A DNA stretch of 21,981 nt. Origin: Verrucomicrobiota bacterium. Its GTDB lineage: Bacteria > Verrucomicrobiota > Verrucomicrobiia > Limisphaerales > CANJXF01. Within the stretch, counting starts at the first letter, position 1. Every line of letters begins with the position of its first letter. The translations under genes were made by a program, and so were the position numbers. The stretch covers positions 1-21,981 of the forward strand of contig JBBQRQ010000084.1 of NCBI GenBank assembly GCA_038214755.1, in the 5' to 3' direction. This document shows, in pieces, positions 11,009 through 20,097 of the stretch. The notes beneath the pieces are model-generated. The model saw only the letters and a program-made list of their open reading frames with translations. It was not told where the DNA came from and did no database searches.

Positions 11009-12190
11009 TTATTTATCCACCCCGAGCGGATCAATTAACGCATCTTCTTTTTTCGGCTCTTCTTTTTTCTCCACCATCAGGTGCGCGCGGTCTCGGAGGA
11101 GCGGATCAATCGTCCATTTGGCGACGAGGTAGGTCCAGGTCTCGAATTGTTTTTCCTGCTTTAATTTTTCTTCGAGCTTCATGTTTTTGTCCGAAAACTC
11201 CTTGTCGAGTTTCGTTTTCTCCTCGGGTTTTTCATCCTTACCGGCGACACGTCCCTTCGGCGGGTTGGCATTTACCGACATCGCGAGGTGATAATTCTCT
11301 CCGGTAGTTTTTCCGATCTTCAACGTGTAAATAAAATCATCGAACGTCTCCAGCGTCGCGAGCGTTGGTTTGTCCAACCCGGTTTGGTCCGGCGCGGCGT
11401 TGGCGACAACGTCCACGAAACTCGGAGACGCCAGCGAATTAGCCACGCCGGAAACTTTGTTCGTATCAAGTTCTTCGCCGGGTTTTATGTCCGCCAAAAT
11501 CCAGCCGCCGGATTCATTCGTGCGCGATAATTTCCAGGAATTCGTCGGGTTGGTGGAGACGAGCGAAATCGATTTCACCTTCTCCACTTTAAAAAAATCT
11601 TTGTTCAACCAGTTTTCTGGTTTCGCTTCCACGTCGCTCAACGCATCGGAAATTAGGAAAACTCTTTTCGAATCGCTCGGCAGCAAGACGTAACGGCCAA
11701 TGGGAAAACCTTCCTCGCCAAATTGGGAGGGTCGCTCCGATTTTCTGATCTGCTTTTTCCCAAGGATCGCCGACTGAATTGTTTTGCCGGATTTATCTTT
11801 GAACTCCAGCAGCGTCCCGGAATCTTTTCCTTTCGACGGATCGATCAATTCCAACTTCGCCAGTTGCGACGCACCGATTTCTTCGGTCTGTCCGATTTTT
11901 AAATCCGCCGCCTTCAAAAGAAATCCGCTGATCTCGGAAAAATTCGCCGGATAATCTCCGCGTTCCTGCACGCGCCACAAATCCTCTTTCTTGATGAGGT
12001 TCAATTCATTCGTGGCTTGCTTGATGTGAATCTGCGCCACGTCATTGATCGGCAATTTCGGAAATAATTTCTGCCCAAGTTTTTGATCGCTCGGCGTCCA
12101 TGTATTACTTTGCCGCTTCAAAAAAACATAACCGGCCCCGCCGATCACCGCACAAAGAACGATGAGAATAATCAGTTGTTTGCGATTCAT
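11009..12190 (-). CDS. DUF4340-like membrane-anchored periplasmic protein
   Basis: Single N-terminal TM segment followed by repeated beta-rich units (W..ERGDYPAN, WLNKDFF, TGLDKP). It follows a GldG-like gene with a 4-bp overlap. Confidence 0.75.
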   Translation of the reverse strand: MNRKQLIILIVLCAVIGGAGYVFLKRQSNTWTPSDQKLGQKLFPKLPINDVAQIHIKQATNELNLIKKEDLWRVQERGDYPANFSEISGFLLKAADLKIGQTEEIGASQLAKLELIDPSKGKDSGTLLEFKDKSGKTIQSAILGKKQIRKSERPSQFGEEGFPIGRYVLLPSDSKRVFLISDALSDVEAKPENWLNKDFFKVEKVKSISLVSTNPTNSWKLSRTNESGGWILADIKPGEELDTNKVSGVANSLASPSFVDVVANAAPDQTGLDKPTLATLETFDDFIYTLKIGKTTGENYHLAMSVNANPPKGRVAGKDEKPEEKTKLDKEFSDKNMKLEEKLKQEKQFETWTYLVAKWTIDPLLRDRAHLMVEKKEEPKKEDALIDPLGVDK

Positions 12191-14082
12191 TTTGCCGCCG
12201 TCCTTTTTCGTTTCATCATCGCCAGCGCCACTCCCGCGAACGCCACCGCTATGGGCATGGCCGCGATGTTGATCACCTTCGTCCAGAATTCCAGGGTGTC
12301 GGTTTCCTTCTTCAATTTTTTGCGCTCTTCCTTCAGCGCGACTTTCACTTCGGATTCTTTCTTGCGAACTTTCTCGATCTCGGCCTGTTGCTCGGGCGAG
12401 AGAATAAATTTTTGTCCGGCCTGCTTGTTCTGCTGCAACTCGTTCAACTTGCGTTGCGCCTCAGCCAGGCTGTCTTCCATCTCTTTAATTTTGCTGCGAT
12501 AACTCGCATCGGCTTTCGCCTTCATTTCGTTGATACGAGTGAACGGGCGGACCATTGAAGCGCGACTCCGCAAATTGATCAAATTGCTATCGCCGGAAAG
12601 TTGTTCCACCAGACTCTGCACAAAATTCAAATTGTCATTGATCGGTCGCAGAATTTTTTGGCCAAAGAAATTTTGCACTTCGACGCTCACCTGGTCCTGC
12701 AACATGTCGGCATCCGCGACGAGCACCACGGCGTTATCCGTGCTCGATTCTTTCAAAGAATTATCGGGAGAATTTTTCTCCTCGGCCTTCTTCTCCTCCG
12801 CCTTTTTTTCCTCAGATTTGTCCTTCGGTTTGCCGTCGGGAAAAGCAGTTTTGAATTTTCCGCTCAGCCGAATCGCCACGGGCAATTCTTTGCCCGATGA
12901 TTTGAACTCCTTGGAAATTTGTTCACCGCTCATGCTGGCCATCAATCCATCGACAAGCTGCGAATCGGCAGTCGTTTTGAGCAACACCGTTTCCTTCAAG
13001 CCGGTCGCCGGCGTGCCGGAAAATGCGCCGGGAAAGGGCAACACCAAACTATTAATCTGGCTCGTTATAATGTCGTTCGTGTTGAAACCTTTTGCGTTCA
13101 TCAACAACACGGATGGCATCACTCCGCCCTGCGGGTTGCGCGCGGCCAGCACCCGGTCCGCCGCGACTTTGCCTTGCTCCATTTCCACGCCCCACGCCTT
13201 CAGCAATTTGTCGAGCGAGGAATGCCCGCCGCCTCCGCCGAACTGCGCGAACTGATTATTTTGCTGATCGAAATAAGCCATCGGATCGATGAACGCGATC
13301 AACTTGCCGCCACGCAAAACGAATTGATCAAGCGCGTATTGCCCCGCGTCCGTGATGTCGCGCGGGTGGACAACGAGCAAAACATTGATGTCGTCGGGAA
13401 TTTTTTCCGCGGTCATTTCAACTTGCTTCACGTCGAAATCATTTTTCAATTCGGTCAGAAAAACCCACGGCTGTTGGCCCTGCTGACCCATGCGCTGCAT
13501 CATCGGATTGGACGCTTGCCCAAAAACGGGCAATGCGCTCATCACGCCGACCACCGCTTTTTTCGGAGTGACGACTTTGGAAATGGCGCGGGAAATATCG
13601 TATTCCAAAAGGCGCTCGCGATCGGGAGAGATGAAAGGAAGGGCCGCTTTTTCGTCGAGCAAACTGATGACGAGACCGAGATAAATTTTTTCGCCGGTTT
13701 GGATCATCTGCCCCTCCACGCCATTGAGCCGGGCGGAATCTTCCGCGTCGGAATCGGGCGTTGGGTTATATTTCTCGATGACAATTTTTCCTTTGCCGGC
13801 TTGTTTGTATTCCGCGAGCAAATCTTCGATGCGCCGCGCGTAAGTTTTGAAAAACACGGGCATCTCGTCGCCTTGGCTGCAATAAAAACGGAGGGTCACA
13901 CGCGAATCGAGTTTCTCCAAAATTTTCTTTGTCCCCGGCGACAACGTGTAAGCTTTTTCTGCGGTTAGATCGACGCGTTTCTTGGCGCTGGCGGCGATGA
14001 AGTTGAAAGCCAGAATAATGATGAACAGCGCCAGGACGCCGACCGTGGAATAGAGAAGGGTTTCGAGTTGTTTATTTTTCAT
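12187..14082 (-). CDS. GldG-like ABC-type uncharacterized transport auxiliary component
   Basis: N-terminal TM, RVDLTAEKAYTLSPGT, LEYDISRAI, LDQFVLRGGKLIAFIDP, VVLVADADML, coiled coil and C-terminal TM. Start MKNKQL at 14082 is preferred. Confidence 0.88.
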   Translation of the reverse strand: MKNKQLETLLYSTVGVLALFIIILAFNFIAASAKKRVDLTAEKAYTLSPGTKKILEKLDSRVTLRFYCSQGDEMPVFFKTYARRIEDLLAEYKQAGKGKIVIEKYNPTPDSDAEDSARLNGVEGQMIQTGEKIYLGLVISLLDEKAALPFISPDRERLLEYDISRAISKVVTPKKAVVGVMSALPVFGQASNPMMQRMGQQGQQPWVFLTELKNDFDVKQVEMTAEKIPDDINVLLVVHPRDITDAGQYALDQFVLRGGKLIAFIDPMAYFDQQNNQFAQFGGGGGHSSLDKLLKAWGVEMEQGKVAADRVLAARNPQGGVMPSVLLMNAKGFNTNDIITSQINSLVLPFPGAFSGTPATGLKETVLLKTTADSQLVDGLMASMSGEQISKEFKSSGKELPVAIRLSGKFKTAFPDGKPKDKSEEKKAEEKKAEEKNSPDNSLKESSTDNAVVLVADADMLQDQVSVEVQNFFGQKILRPINDNLNFVQSLVEQLSGDSNLINLRSRASMVRPFTRINEMKAKADASYRSKIKEMEDSLAEAQRKLNELQQNKQAGQKFILSPEQQAEIEKVRKKESEVKVALKEERKKLKKETDTLEFWTKVINIAAMPIAVAFAGVALAMMKRKRTAAK

Positions 14083-14090
14083 CGCGTCGT

Positions 14091-14198
14091 CGGGTAGCAT
14101 CTGCCTCCGGCGGGTGCGAGAAGATTTATGGCAGCGCTCATTTTGGTAGAAAGAAAAGAGAGAGCCATCCCGCACCCGCCAGAGGCAGATGCTACCCG
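14091..14198. repeat. REP-like inverted repeat pair
   Basis: cgggtagcatctgcctccggcgggtgcg (14091-14118) and cgcacccgccagaggcagatgctacccg (14171-14198). The 28-bp arms have one mismatch, a GTAG near the end and a 52-nt spacer. Confidence 0.85.
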
Positions 14199-14230
14199 GA
14201 ATTTGGCAAAATGTTTCTGCATGGTTACAA

Positions 14231-14974
14231 TTAACCGGCTCGATGCCCGCGAATAATCACTCCCGTGGTGAAAAGCGAGAAGCCGATGATCGACAAAAAG
14301 AAAATGATGTCGCGGGAATCCAACACGCCTTTTTGAAATCCCTCGAAGTGCGTCATCACACTAAACGCGGCGACCGTCTCCACCAGACGCGGCTTGTCCA
14401 ATCGCAGCAAAAGATTTGTCACTGGCGGATAGCCGCACAAAATCAGAAACAGACAAATCACCACGGAAATAATGAAGCTGACCACCTGGTTGCGGGTCAG
14501 CGCCGAAGTCATGCAACTGATCGCGAGATAACTTCCCGCCATCAGCAAACTGCCGACGTAGGCGCAGAAAATGACTCCGTTATCGGGATGACCCAAATAG
14601 TTGACGGTGATGACGACAGGAAAGGTGAGCACCAACGCCAAAATCAAAAAGAGCCACGATGCGAGAAATTTTCCTACAATCGCCTGCCACGTTGTGATCG
14701 GCATCGTGAGCAATAATTCCATTGTGCCGAGCCGCCGTTCTTCCGACCACAAACGCATTCCGACTGCCGGCACCAAAAACAAATAGAGCCACGGATGCCA
14801 CGTAAAAAATGAAGTGAGCGACGCTTCCCCGCGCTCAAAAAATCCGCCCGCCATGAAGGTGAAAAATCCGACGAGCAGCAAAAAAATAACGATGAACACG
14901 TACGCGACCGGGGAAGCGAAATAGCCGCCGAGTTCTCGTTTGGCGATGGTCTTGATGTTGGCGACCGCGTTCAT
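14231..14974 (-). CDS. ABC-2 type permease (GldF-like)
   Basis: KRELGGYFASPVAY, MRLWSEERRLGTMELLLTMP and SALTRNQV motifs; about six TM segments. Confidence 0.92.
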   Translation of the reverse strand: MNAVANIKTIAKRELGGYFASPVAYVFIVIFLLLVGFFTFMAGGFFERGEASLTSFFTWHPWLYLFLVPAVGMRLWSEERRLGTMELLLTMPITTWQAIVGKFLASWLFLILALVLTFPVVITVNYLGHPDNGVIFCAYVGSLLMAGSYLAISCMTSALTRNQVVSFIISVVICLFLILCGYPPVTNLLLRLDKPRLVETVAAFSVMTHFEGFQKGVLDSRDIIFFLSIIGFSLFTTGVIIRGHRAG

Positions 14975-15933
14975 TTCGTCACCTCTTTCGTGTCGGGCAG
15001 CGTGATGTTGCGGAAGACTTCATCGAGCCGTCCTTCTTCGGTGTGCAATTCTTCGACGCGCCAATTTTCTTTCATGATTAATTCCGCCACGTTGCGCGCC
15101 AGTTCGCCATCGACGCTTTCAGATTTCGGGAAAACGCGCAGGGAAACTTTGTTGGCGCTTTCTTTGACGATGGTGACTTTGCTCGCGAAGGCGAGTTGCG
15201 AAAGTTTTTCCTTCACGACTGCAGATTCAATTCCGCTGACCCGCAATGAAACCGCCCCCGCCACTTCAGAACGCTGTTTCAATTCGCGCGGCGTGCCATT
15301 CGCGACGATCTGTCCGCGATCAATAATAATGGCGCGCGAACAGGCCGCTTCAACCTCTTCCAAAATGTGTGTGGAAAAAATGATCGCCTTCTTTTCACCC
15401 ATTCGCCGGATCAGCGTTCGCACTTCATGTTTTTGGTTGGGATCCAGACCGTCCGTCGGTTCATCCAAAATTAAAACGTCCGGGTCGTGAATGATCGACT
15501 GCGCGAAACACGTGCGATGCCGATAGCCTTTCGAGAGAGTTTCAACGCTTTGGTGCAAAACATTTTCGAGGAAACACATTTCGACTGCTCGATTGACCGC
15601 GCGCTTTTTCGCGTCGCCGCTCAGCCCGCGAATTTCCGCAGCGAAATGTAAAAAGCCATTGACGGTCATGTCCGCGTAGGACGGGGCGTTTTCCGGGAGG
15701 TAGCCGATGAGCCGTTTGGCGTCGATGGGTTTCTCCACGATGTCAAAACCGCCGACAGAAACTTTACCATCCGACGGCGGAATGAATCCGGTGATCATCC
15801 TCATCGTGGTGGATTTTCCCGCGCCGTTCGGTCCGAGGAATCCGAGCACCTCGCCCCGTTGCACCTGGAAAGAAATTTTATTGACCGCGAGCTTTGGCCC
15901 GAAGGATTTGCTTAAATTTTCGACTTTGATCAT
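14971..15933 (-). CDS. ABC transporter ATP-binding protein (GldA-like)
   Basis: Walker A GPNGAGKST, signature LSKGY, Walker B ILDEPTDGLDP and H-loop STH. Confidence 0.96.
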   Translation of the reverse strand: MIKVENLSKSFGPKLAVNKISFQVQRGEVLGFLGPNGAGKSTTMRMITGFIPPSDGKVSVGGFDIVEKPIDAKRLIGYLPENAPSYADMTVNGFLHFAAEIRGLSGDAKKRAVNRAVEMCFLENVLHQSVETLSKGYRHRTCFAQSIIHDPDVLILDEPTDGLDPNQKHEVRTLIRRMGEKKAIIFSTHILEEVEAACSRAIIIDRGQIVANGTPRELKQRSEVAGAVSLRVSGIESAVVKEKLSQLAFASKVTIVKESANKVSLRVFPKSESVDGELARNVAELIMKENWRVEELHTEEGRLDEVFRNITLPDTKEVTK

Positions 15934-16069
15934 CCAATTATCTCCACAGAATTCGCCATCTCGAAATTTGAGCCGAATTGATTAAGGTTTTCCGGCGGCT
16001 GCGTCAACTCATTCGCTGCTTTTGACAAATAGCTGTAAAAATGTTCAAAAAAAATTCACCGTAAGGGCG

Positions 16070-16606
16070 ATGAAAGAAAAGATGGAAGAACGCAGAGGGG
16101 AAAAGGTGACGGGGCGAAAGGGAGAGTCGCTACTCACGGCGTGTTGGCGCCTTTTCCCCCTTTCTCCCTTTCTCCCTTTCATTTTTTTCACCGTCGCCTG
16201 CAATACACGGCCGCTTCCTCCCGCTGATTTGAGCCAGGGCGGCTGGAAAGTGCAACAGGGTCAAGCCGTCTGGCGCGCCAAAAAAACTTCTCCCGAAATC
16301 GCGGGAGAACTTTTTCTCGCCACGAATGCAACGGGCCGAACCGTCATTCAATTTACGAAAACACCGTTCCCATTTATCATCGCTCAGACCGCGACGAACA
16401 GTTGGCAACTCGAAGTCCCGGCGCAAAACAGAAAATATTCCGGCCCTGGAAAACCGCCCGCTCGCATCAGTTGGTTTCATTTGCCTCGTGCCCTCAACGG
16501 CATCGTGCCGCCGGCCCCGTGGGTGTTTCAAAAACTGGAAAATGAAAATTGGAGTTTGGAAAACAAGTCCAGCGGAGAAAGGATCGAAGGGTTTTTAAAT
16601 CAATGA
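16070..16606 (+). CDS. Putative lipoprotein (possibly LolB/DUF3261-like fold)
   Basis: Lipobox-like FFTVA-C followed by a beta-rich domain (WKVQQGQAVW...AGELFLA...IQFTKTPFP). Start could also be 16082. Confidence 0.7.
   Translation: MKEKMEERRGEKVTGRKGESLLTACWRLFPLSPFLPFIFFTVACNTRPLPPADLSQGGWKVQQGQAVWRAKKTSPEIAGELFLATNATGRTVIQFTKTPFPFIIAQTATNSWQLEVPAQNRKYSGPGKPPARISWFHLPRALNGIVPPAPWVFQKLENENWSLENKSSGERIEGFLNQ
16096..16180. repeat. Inverted octamer-repeat element within the lipoprotein N-terminus
   Basis: Purine arm aggggaaa-aggtgacg-gggcgaaa-gggaga (16096-16125) faces pyrimidine arm cttttccc-cctttctc-cctttctc-cctttc (16151-16180). Confidence 0.65.
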
Positions 16607-16630
16607 CCAAACTGATTTCGCAGTTACATT

Positions 16631-16732
16631 TAGTGGGGCAGGCATCCTGCCTGCCTTGGCGGGCTTCCAGCCCGCGAATTTGGAACGCGGGGAAGATGCC
16701 CGCCAATGGCAGGCTGGAAGCCCGCCCCACTA
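16631..16732. repeat. Composite REP-like palindrome (four units)
   Basis: tagtggggcaggcatcctgcctgcc / ttggcgggcttccagcccgcg ... cgcggggaagatgcccgccaa / tggcaggctggaagcccgccccacta; the outer and inner units pair as inverted repeats. Confidence 0.85.
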
Positions 16733-16756
16733 CTCCGCCGCGCCCTTTTTGACTCG

Positions 16757-19204
16757 ATGAAATTCTCCCGCCGCTGGCTCTGGCTGCTTTTGCTCGTGCC
16801 GATTGCCCTCGGTCTGGCGCGACTTCGCTTTGATGTCGAAGTCTTAAACCTCTTGCCGGAAAAATCTGGAATGGTTCGCGGGCTGAAGCTGTACCAGCAA
16901 AATTTTTCCAATGGCCGCGAGCTGATCATCACTCTTCGCTCGGACGACGCCGATAAAACCGAAGCCGCCTCGCGTTCTCTCGCCGCCGCGCTTCGTCACG
17001 AAACCAATCTTGTTTCAGAAGTAAATTGGCAACCTGCCTGGCTGGAATATCCCAGCCAATCCGCGGAACTGGTCGCGTTTCTCTGGCTCAACCAGCCGCC
17101 GGAAATTTTCGCGCAACTCACCAATCGTCTCGCGCCGGAAAATTTGTCCGCCACTCTCGCCGAAACCAAAGAGCAACTCGCCACCTCGCTTTCTCCGCAG
17201 GAAATCGCGATGCGCAGTTACGATCCGTTTAATCTGATGCGCCTTCCTGAATCCGTCTCCTCCGCGATGCCGATCGGAACCGGCGACGAACTATTCTCTT
17301 CCGCCGATGGGAGATTTCGCCTCGTCTTTGTTGAAGCCGCAACTGATCTGCGCTCGTACCGAGCGTGTGAGGCCTGGCTGAATTCGGTCACAGCGATCAT
17401 CGCGCAACGGCAGAGATCCGGCGAAATAAATCCAGAAGCTAAAATCAGTTACACGGGCCGGCCCGCCTTTGTTTCTGAGATCGCCGGCGGAATGCAGCAC
17501 GACATGTTCGCGTCCGTCGGCGGCACGATGCTCATCATCGCCTTATTGTTTTGGATCGCGCATCGACGTTTCCGTCCGCTCGTTTGGATTCTCGTTTTGC
17601 TTGTGGTAATCCTGGGTGGAACGATGGCGCTGGGCGGATTGTTTTTTGGAACCCTCAATGTCGTCAGCATGGGTTTTGCCGCCATTCTTCTCGGCCTCGC
17701 TGTCGATTACGGACTCGTGCTTTATCAGGAAGCTCAGGCTGCGCCCCATTTGTCCGCTCGACAAATTCGCCTCGAAATCACACCCAGCATTTTATGGTCG
17801 GCGGTGACGACGGCGGGCGCATTTGCTATTTTGAATTTGAGCGGCTTGCCCGGCCTCGGCCAACTCGGGTCGCTCGTCGCCATCGGAGTGGTGCTGGCCG
17901 GTTTTGTGATGTTGTTCGCGTATTTGCCTCCGCTGAAACGTGCTGCCGAGATTCTCTCGGCAGAAAATCGCACCGAAGATTCTGCCGAGAGAACGGCGGG
18001 AGCACATTTGGCAACGCGTTCGAAATTTATTTGGGCGGTGACCATTTTGATTCTCCTCACCGCCGCTCTGGTCTTGTGGAAAAAACCACTCCGCTTTGAT
18101 TATTCGCCCGACGCCCTTCGCCCAAAAAACAGCCCCGCTTACACTGCCGTCGAAGAAATTAAACGCTCGCTTGGCCGCACTGACGAACCGTTGTGGATCA
18201 TCGCTCCGGGCCGCGACGAAACTGAAGTCGCCCGACGCCTGCACTACACCGAGTCCGTTTTGAGCCGCGCCGTTTCCAATCAACTCATTTCCAGTTTCAC
18301 CATGCCCACGACACTTTGGCCGCAACCGCAAAATCAACTTTCGAATCGCGTTGCGCTAAAAAGTTTGACCGCTGAAAAAGAACAACTGCGCAACGCCGCC
18401 ATCAGCAGCGGATTCACCAGCAATTCGTTTGCGCTCACCGAAAAACTTTTTGAAACCTGGCAAACGGTCTCGGAGCAAACCAATATTTTCTGGCCCACCA
18501 ACGACGCGAGCCGATGGCTTCTCGAAAAAGTTGTCGCGCGCGTTCCCGATGGTTTTCTCGCCGTCGGCTTGGTTTATCCCAAGACAGATTCTTCCAGCGA
18601 AAAAGCACTCACGAACACCCGATTTGCGGCCAACGTGTTGACGCCCGAACTTGAGCGCGAAGGGATTATTTTGTCCGGCTGGACGTTGATCGGCACCGCC
18701 ATGTTCGATCTGGTGAAAAAAGATTTTCCGCGTGTCCTTCTGCCCATGTTGGCGTTGTTGCTTTTTTCTCTGTGGCTCGCCTTCCGCCGCCTCAGCGAAG
18801 TTTTTCTCAGTCTCGCCACGCTGATTTTCACCGGCGTCGTTTTGTTGCTCTTCATGTCGCTCGCCAACTGGTCCTGGAATCTGCTCAACCTCATGGCGGT
18901 GCCGCTCCTCCTGGGCGCGGGAGTGGATTACAGCATCCACATGCAACTGGCGCTGCGGCGTCATGGCGGAAATATTTTCCAAGTTCGGCGAAGCATCGGA
19001 CGCGCTCTGTGGTTGTGCGGAGGAACGACCATCACGGGTTTCGGTTCGCTCGCTTTTTCCAACAACGCCGGCCTCGCCAGTCTGGGACAAGTTTGCGCGA
19101 CCGGCATCGCTGCCTCGATGCTCACCTCCATTTATCTTCTGCCCATCTGGTGGAAAACCTGGAGCGGACAGGAAATTCGCGGGGAGAAAATTCCCGCGCA
19201 ATGA
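16757..19204 (+). CDS. MMPL/RND-family lipid exporter
   Basis: Two repeats of TM + large periplasmic domain + 5 TM. Carries GLAVDYG and GAGVDYSIH motifs, plus TTAGAF and TTITGFGSL. Start MKFSRRW at 16757. Confidence 0.92.
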   Translation: MKFSRRWLWLLLLVPIALGLARLRFDVEVLNLLPEKSGMVRGLKLYQQNFSNGRELIITLRSDDADKTEAASRSLAAALRHETNLVSEVNWQPAWLEYPSQSAELVAFLWLNQPPEIFAQLTNRLAPENLSATLAETKEQLATSLSPQEIAMRSYDPFNLMRLPESVSSAMPIGTGDELFSSADGRFRLVFVEAATDLRSYRACEAWLNSVTAIIAQRQRSGEINPEAKISYTGRPAFVSEIAGGMQHDMFASVGGTMLIIALLFWIAHRRFRPLVWILVLLVVILGGTMALGGLFFGTLNVVSMGFAAILLGLAVDYGLVLYQEAQAAPHLSARQIRLEITPSILWSAVTTAGAFAILNLSGLPGLGQLGSLVAIGVVLAGFVMLFAYLPPLKRAAEILSAENRTEDSAERTAGAHLATRSKFIWAVTILILLTAALVLWKKPLRFDYSPDALRPKNSPAYTAVEEIKRSLGRTDEPLWIIAPGRDETEVARRLHYTESVLSRAVSNQLISSFTMPTTLWPQPQNQLSNRVALKSLTAEKEQLRNAAISSGFTSNSFALTEKLFETWQTVSEQTNIFWPTNDASRWLLEKVVARVPDGFLAVGLVYPKTDSSSEKALTNTRFAANVLTPELEREGIILSGWTLIGTAMFDLVKKDFPRVLLPMLALLLFSLWLAFRRLSEVFLSLATLIFTGVVLLLFMSLANWSWNLLNLMAVPLLLGAGVDYSIHMQLALRRHGGNIFQVRRSIGRALWLCGGTTITGFGSLAFSNNAGLASLGQVCATGIAASMLTSIYLLPIWWKTWSGQEIRGEKIPAQ
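17940..18005. repeat. Degenerate REP-like palindrome in-frame within the MMPL gene
   Basis: gtgctgccgagattctctcggcagaa (17940-17965) and ttctgccgagagaacggcgggagcac (17980-18005), with a perfect 14-bp inner stem. Total length is 66 nt. Confidence 0.7.
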
Positions 19205-20097
19205 AATCGTCGTCGCTTTATCGAGCGAAATTTTGGCGGTTTGGTCTTTGGGCCGCGCGGAAAATGTCGCCGGAAACCTCCGCTCGCCTCGCAAAAATTT
19301 TTGGACGGATTTATTGGATGCTCGCCGCGCATCGCCGCGCCGTTGTCGTCGAAAATTTATTGCCCGCTGTCGAGGGCGATCTCGCTCGCGCAAAAAGGTT
19401 GGGCAAAAAACTTTTTCAAAATTTTGCGCAAAAGCTGGTTGACCTTTGGCGTTACGAAAGCGGCGTGCCCATCGACGATTTGTTTTGCGAACTGACCGGC
19501 TGGGAATATTTTGTGGCGGCGAAAAAAGAAAATCGAGGCGTGCTCATCCTGACGCCACACCTCGGCAATTGGGAATTTGGCGCGCCGCTCCTCGCGAAAA
19601 AAGGTCACAGCCTTCTCGTCGTCACGCTCGATGAACCCGACGACCAGCTCACGCAAATGCGTCAGGCCGCTCGGGCCCGTTGGGGAATCGAGACATTGGT
19701 CATCGGGAAAAATCCATTTTCGTTTGTGGAAATTATTCGCCGGCTCGAAGCGGGCGAGGCGGTGGCGCTGTTGATCGATCGCCCGCCGGTGAGCAGTTCT
19801 GTCCGCGGGGAGCTTTTTGAAAAACCCTTTGCGGCATCGGTGGCCGGAGCGGAATTGGCGCGCGCGTCCGGCTGCATTTTGTTGCCGGTTTATTTGCCGC
19901 GTTTAAAAAATGGTTACGCCGGGCACATTCTGCCCGGGATTCCGTATCAACGCGCCGCTCTGCGCGCGGTCGAAGCGCGCCAACAACTCACGCAGCAAAT
20001 CCTGCGCGTCTTTGAAAGTCCGATTCGAGAACATCTCGATCAATGGTATCATTTTGTTCCAATATGGCCGGAGGCAACTGCGTCAAAGAAAATATGA
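19201..20097 (+). CDS. Lysophospholipid / lipid A (LpxL/HtrB-family) acyltransferase
   Basis: HLGNWE catalytic motif, VALLIDR, F/PF..GAELAR and DQWYHF motifs. ATG at 19201 overlaps the MMPL stop (ATGA). Confidence 0.92.
   Translation: MKSSSLYRAKFWRFGLWAARKMSPETSARLAKIFGRIYWMLAAHRRAVVVENLLPAVEGDLARAKRLGKKLFQNFAQKLVDLWRYESGVPIDDLFCELTGWEYFVAAKKENRGVLILTPHLGNWEFGAPLLAKKGHSLLVVTLDEPDDQLTQMRQAARARWGIETLVIGKNPFSFVEIIRRLEAGEAVALLIDRPPVSSSVRGELFEKPFAASVAGAELARASGCILLPVYLPRLKNGYAGHILPGIPYQRAALRAVEARQQLTQQILRVFESPIREHLDQWYHFVPIWPEATASKKI

Noticed and set aside
11013..11021. DnaA-box-like TTATCCACC, suggesting oriC
   Set aside because: A single mismatched box inside a CDS end. No box cluster was seen in any intergenic region, so oriC itself is not called.
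12919..13968. Long antisense ORFs (349 aa here; 345 aa at 18356-19393)
   Set aside because: Shadows of GC-rich real genes on the opposite strand, with no protein-family motifs.
14083..14175. Extended N-terminus of the GldG-like ORF starting at 14175
   Set aside because: The start lies inside the REP arm. ATG 14082 directly precedes the TM segment and is more plausible, though read-through is not excluded.
11009..15933. Assigning gliding motility or gldA/F/G symbols
   Set aside because: Family resemblance only; no other gld, spr or T9SS genes are in the window.
16706..16756. MMPL start at 16706
   Set aside because: It lies within the palindromic repeat. ATG 16757 gives a normal basic N-terminus before TM1.
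18772..19200. Extended start for the acyltransferase (441 aa)
   Set aside because: It overlaps the MMPL gene by over 400 bp. ATG 19201 gives typical ATGA coupling and family length.
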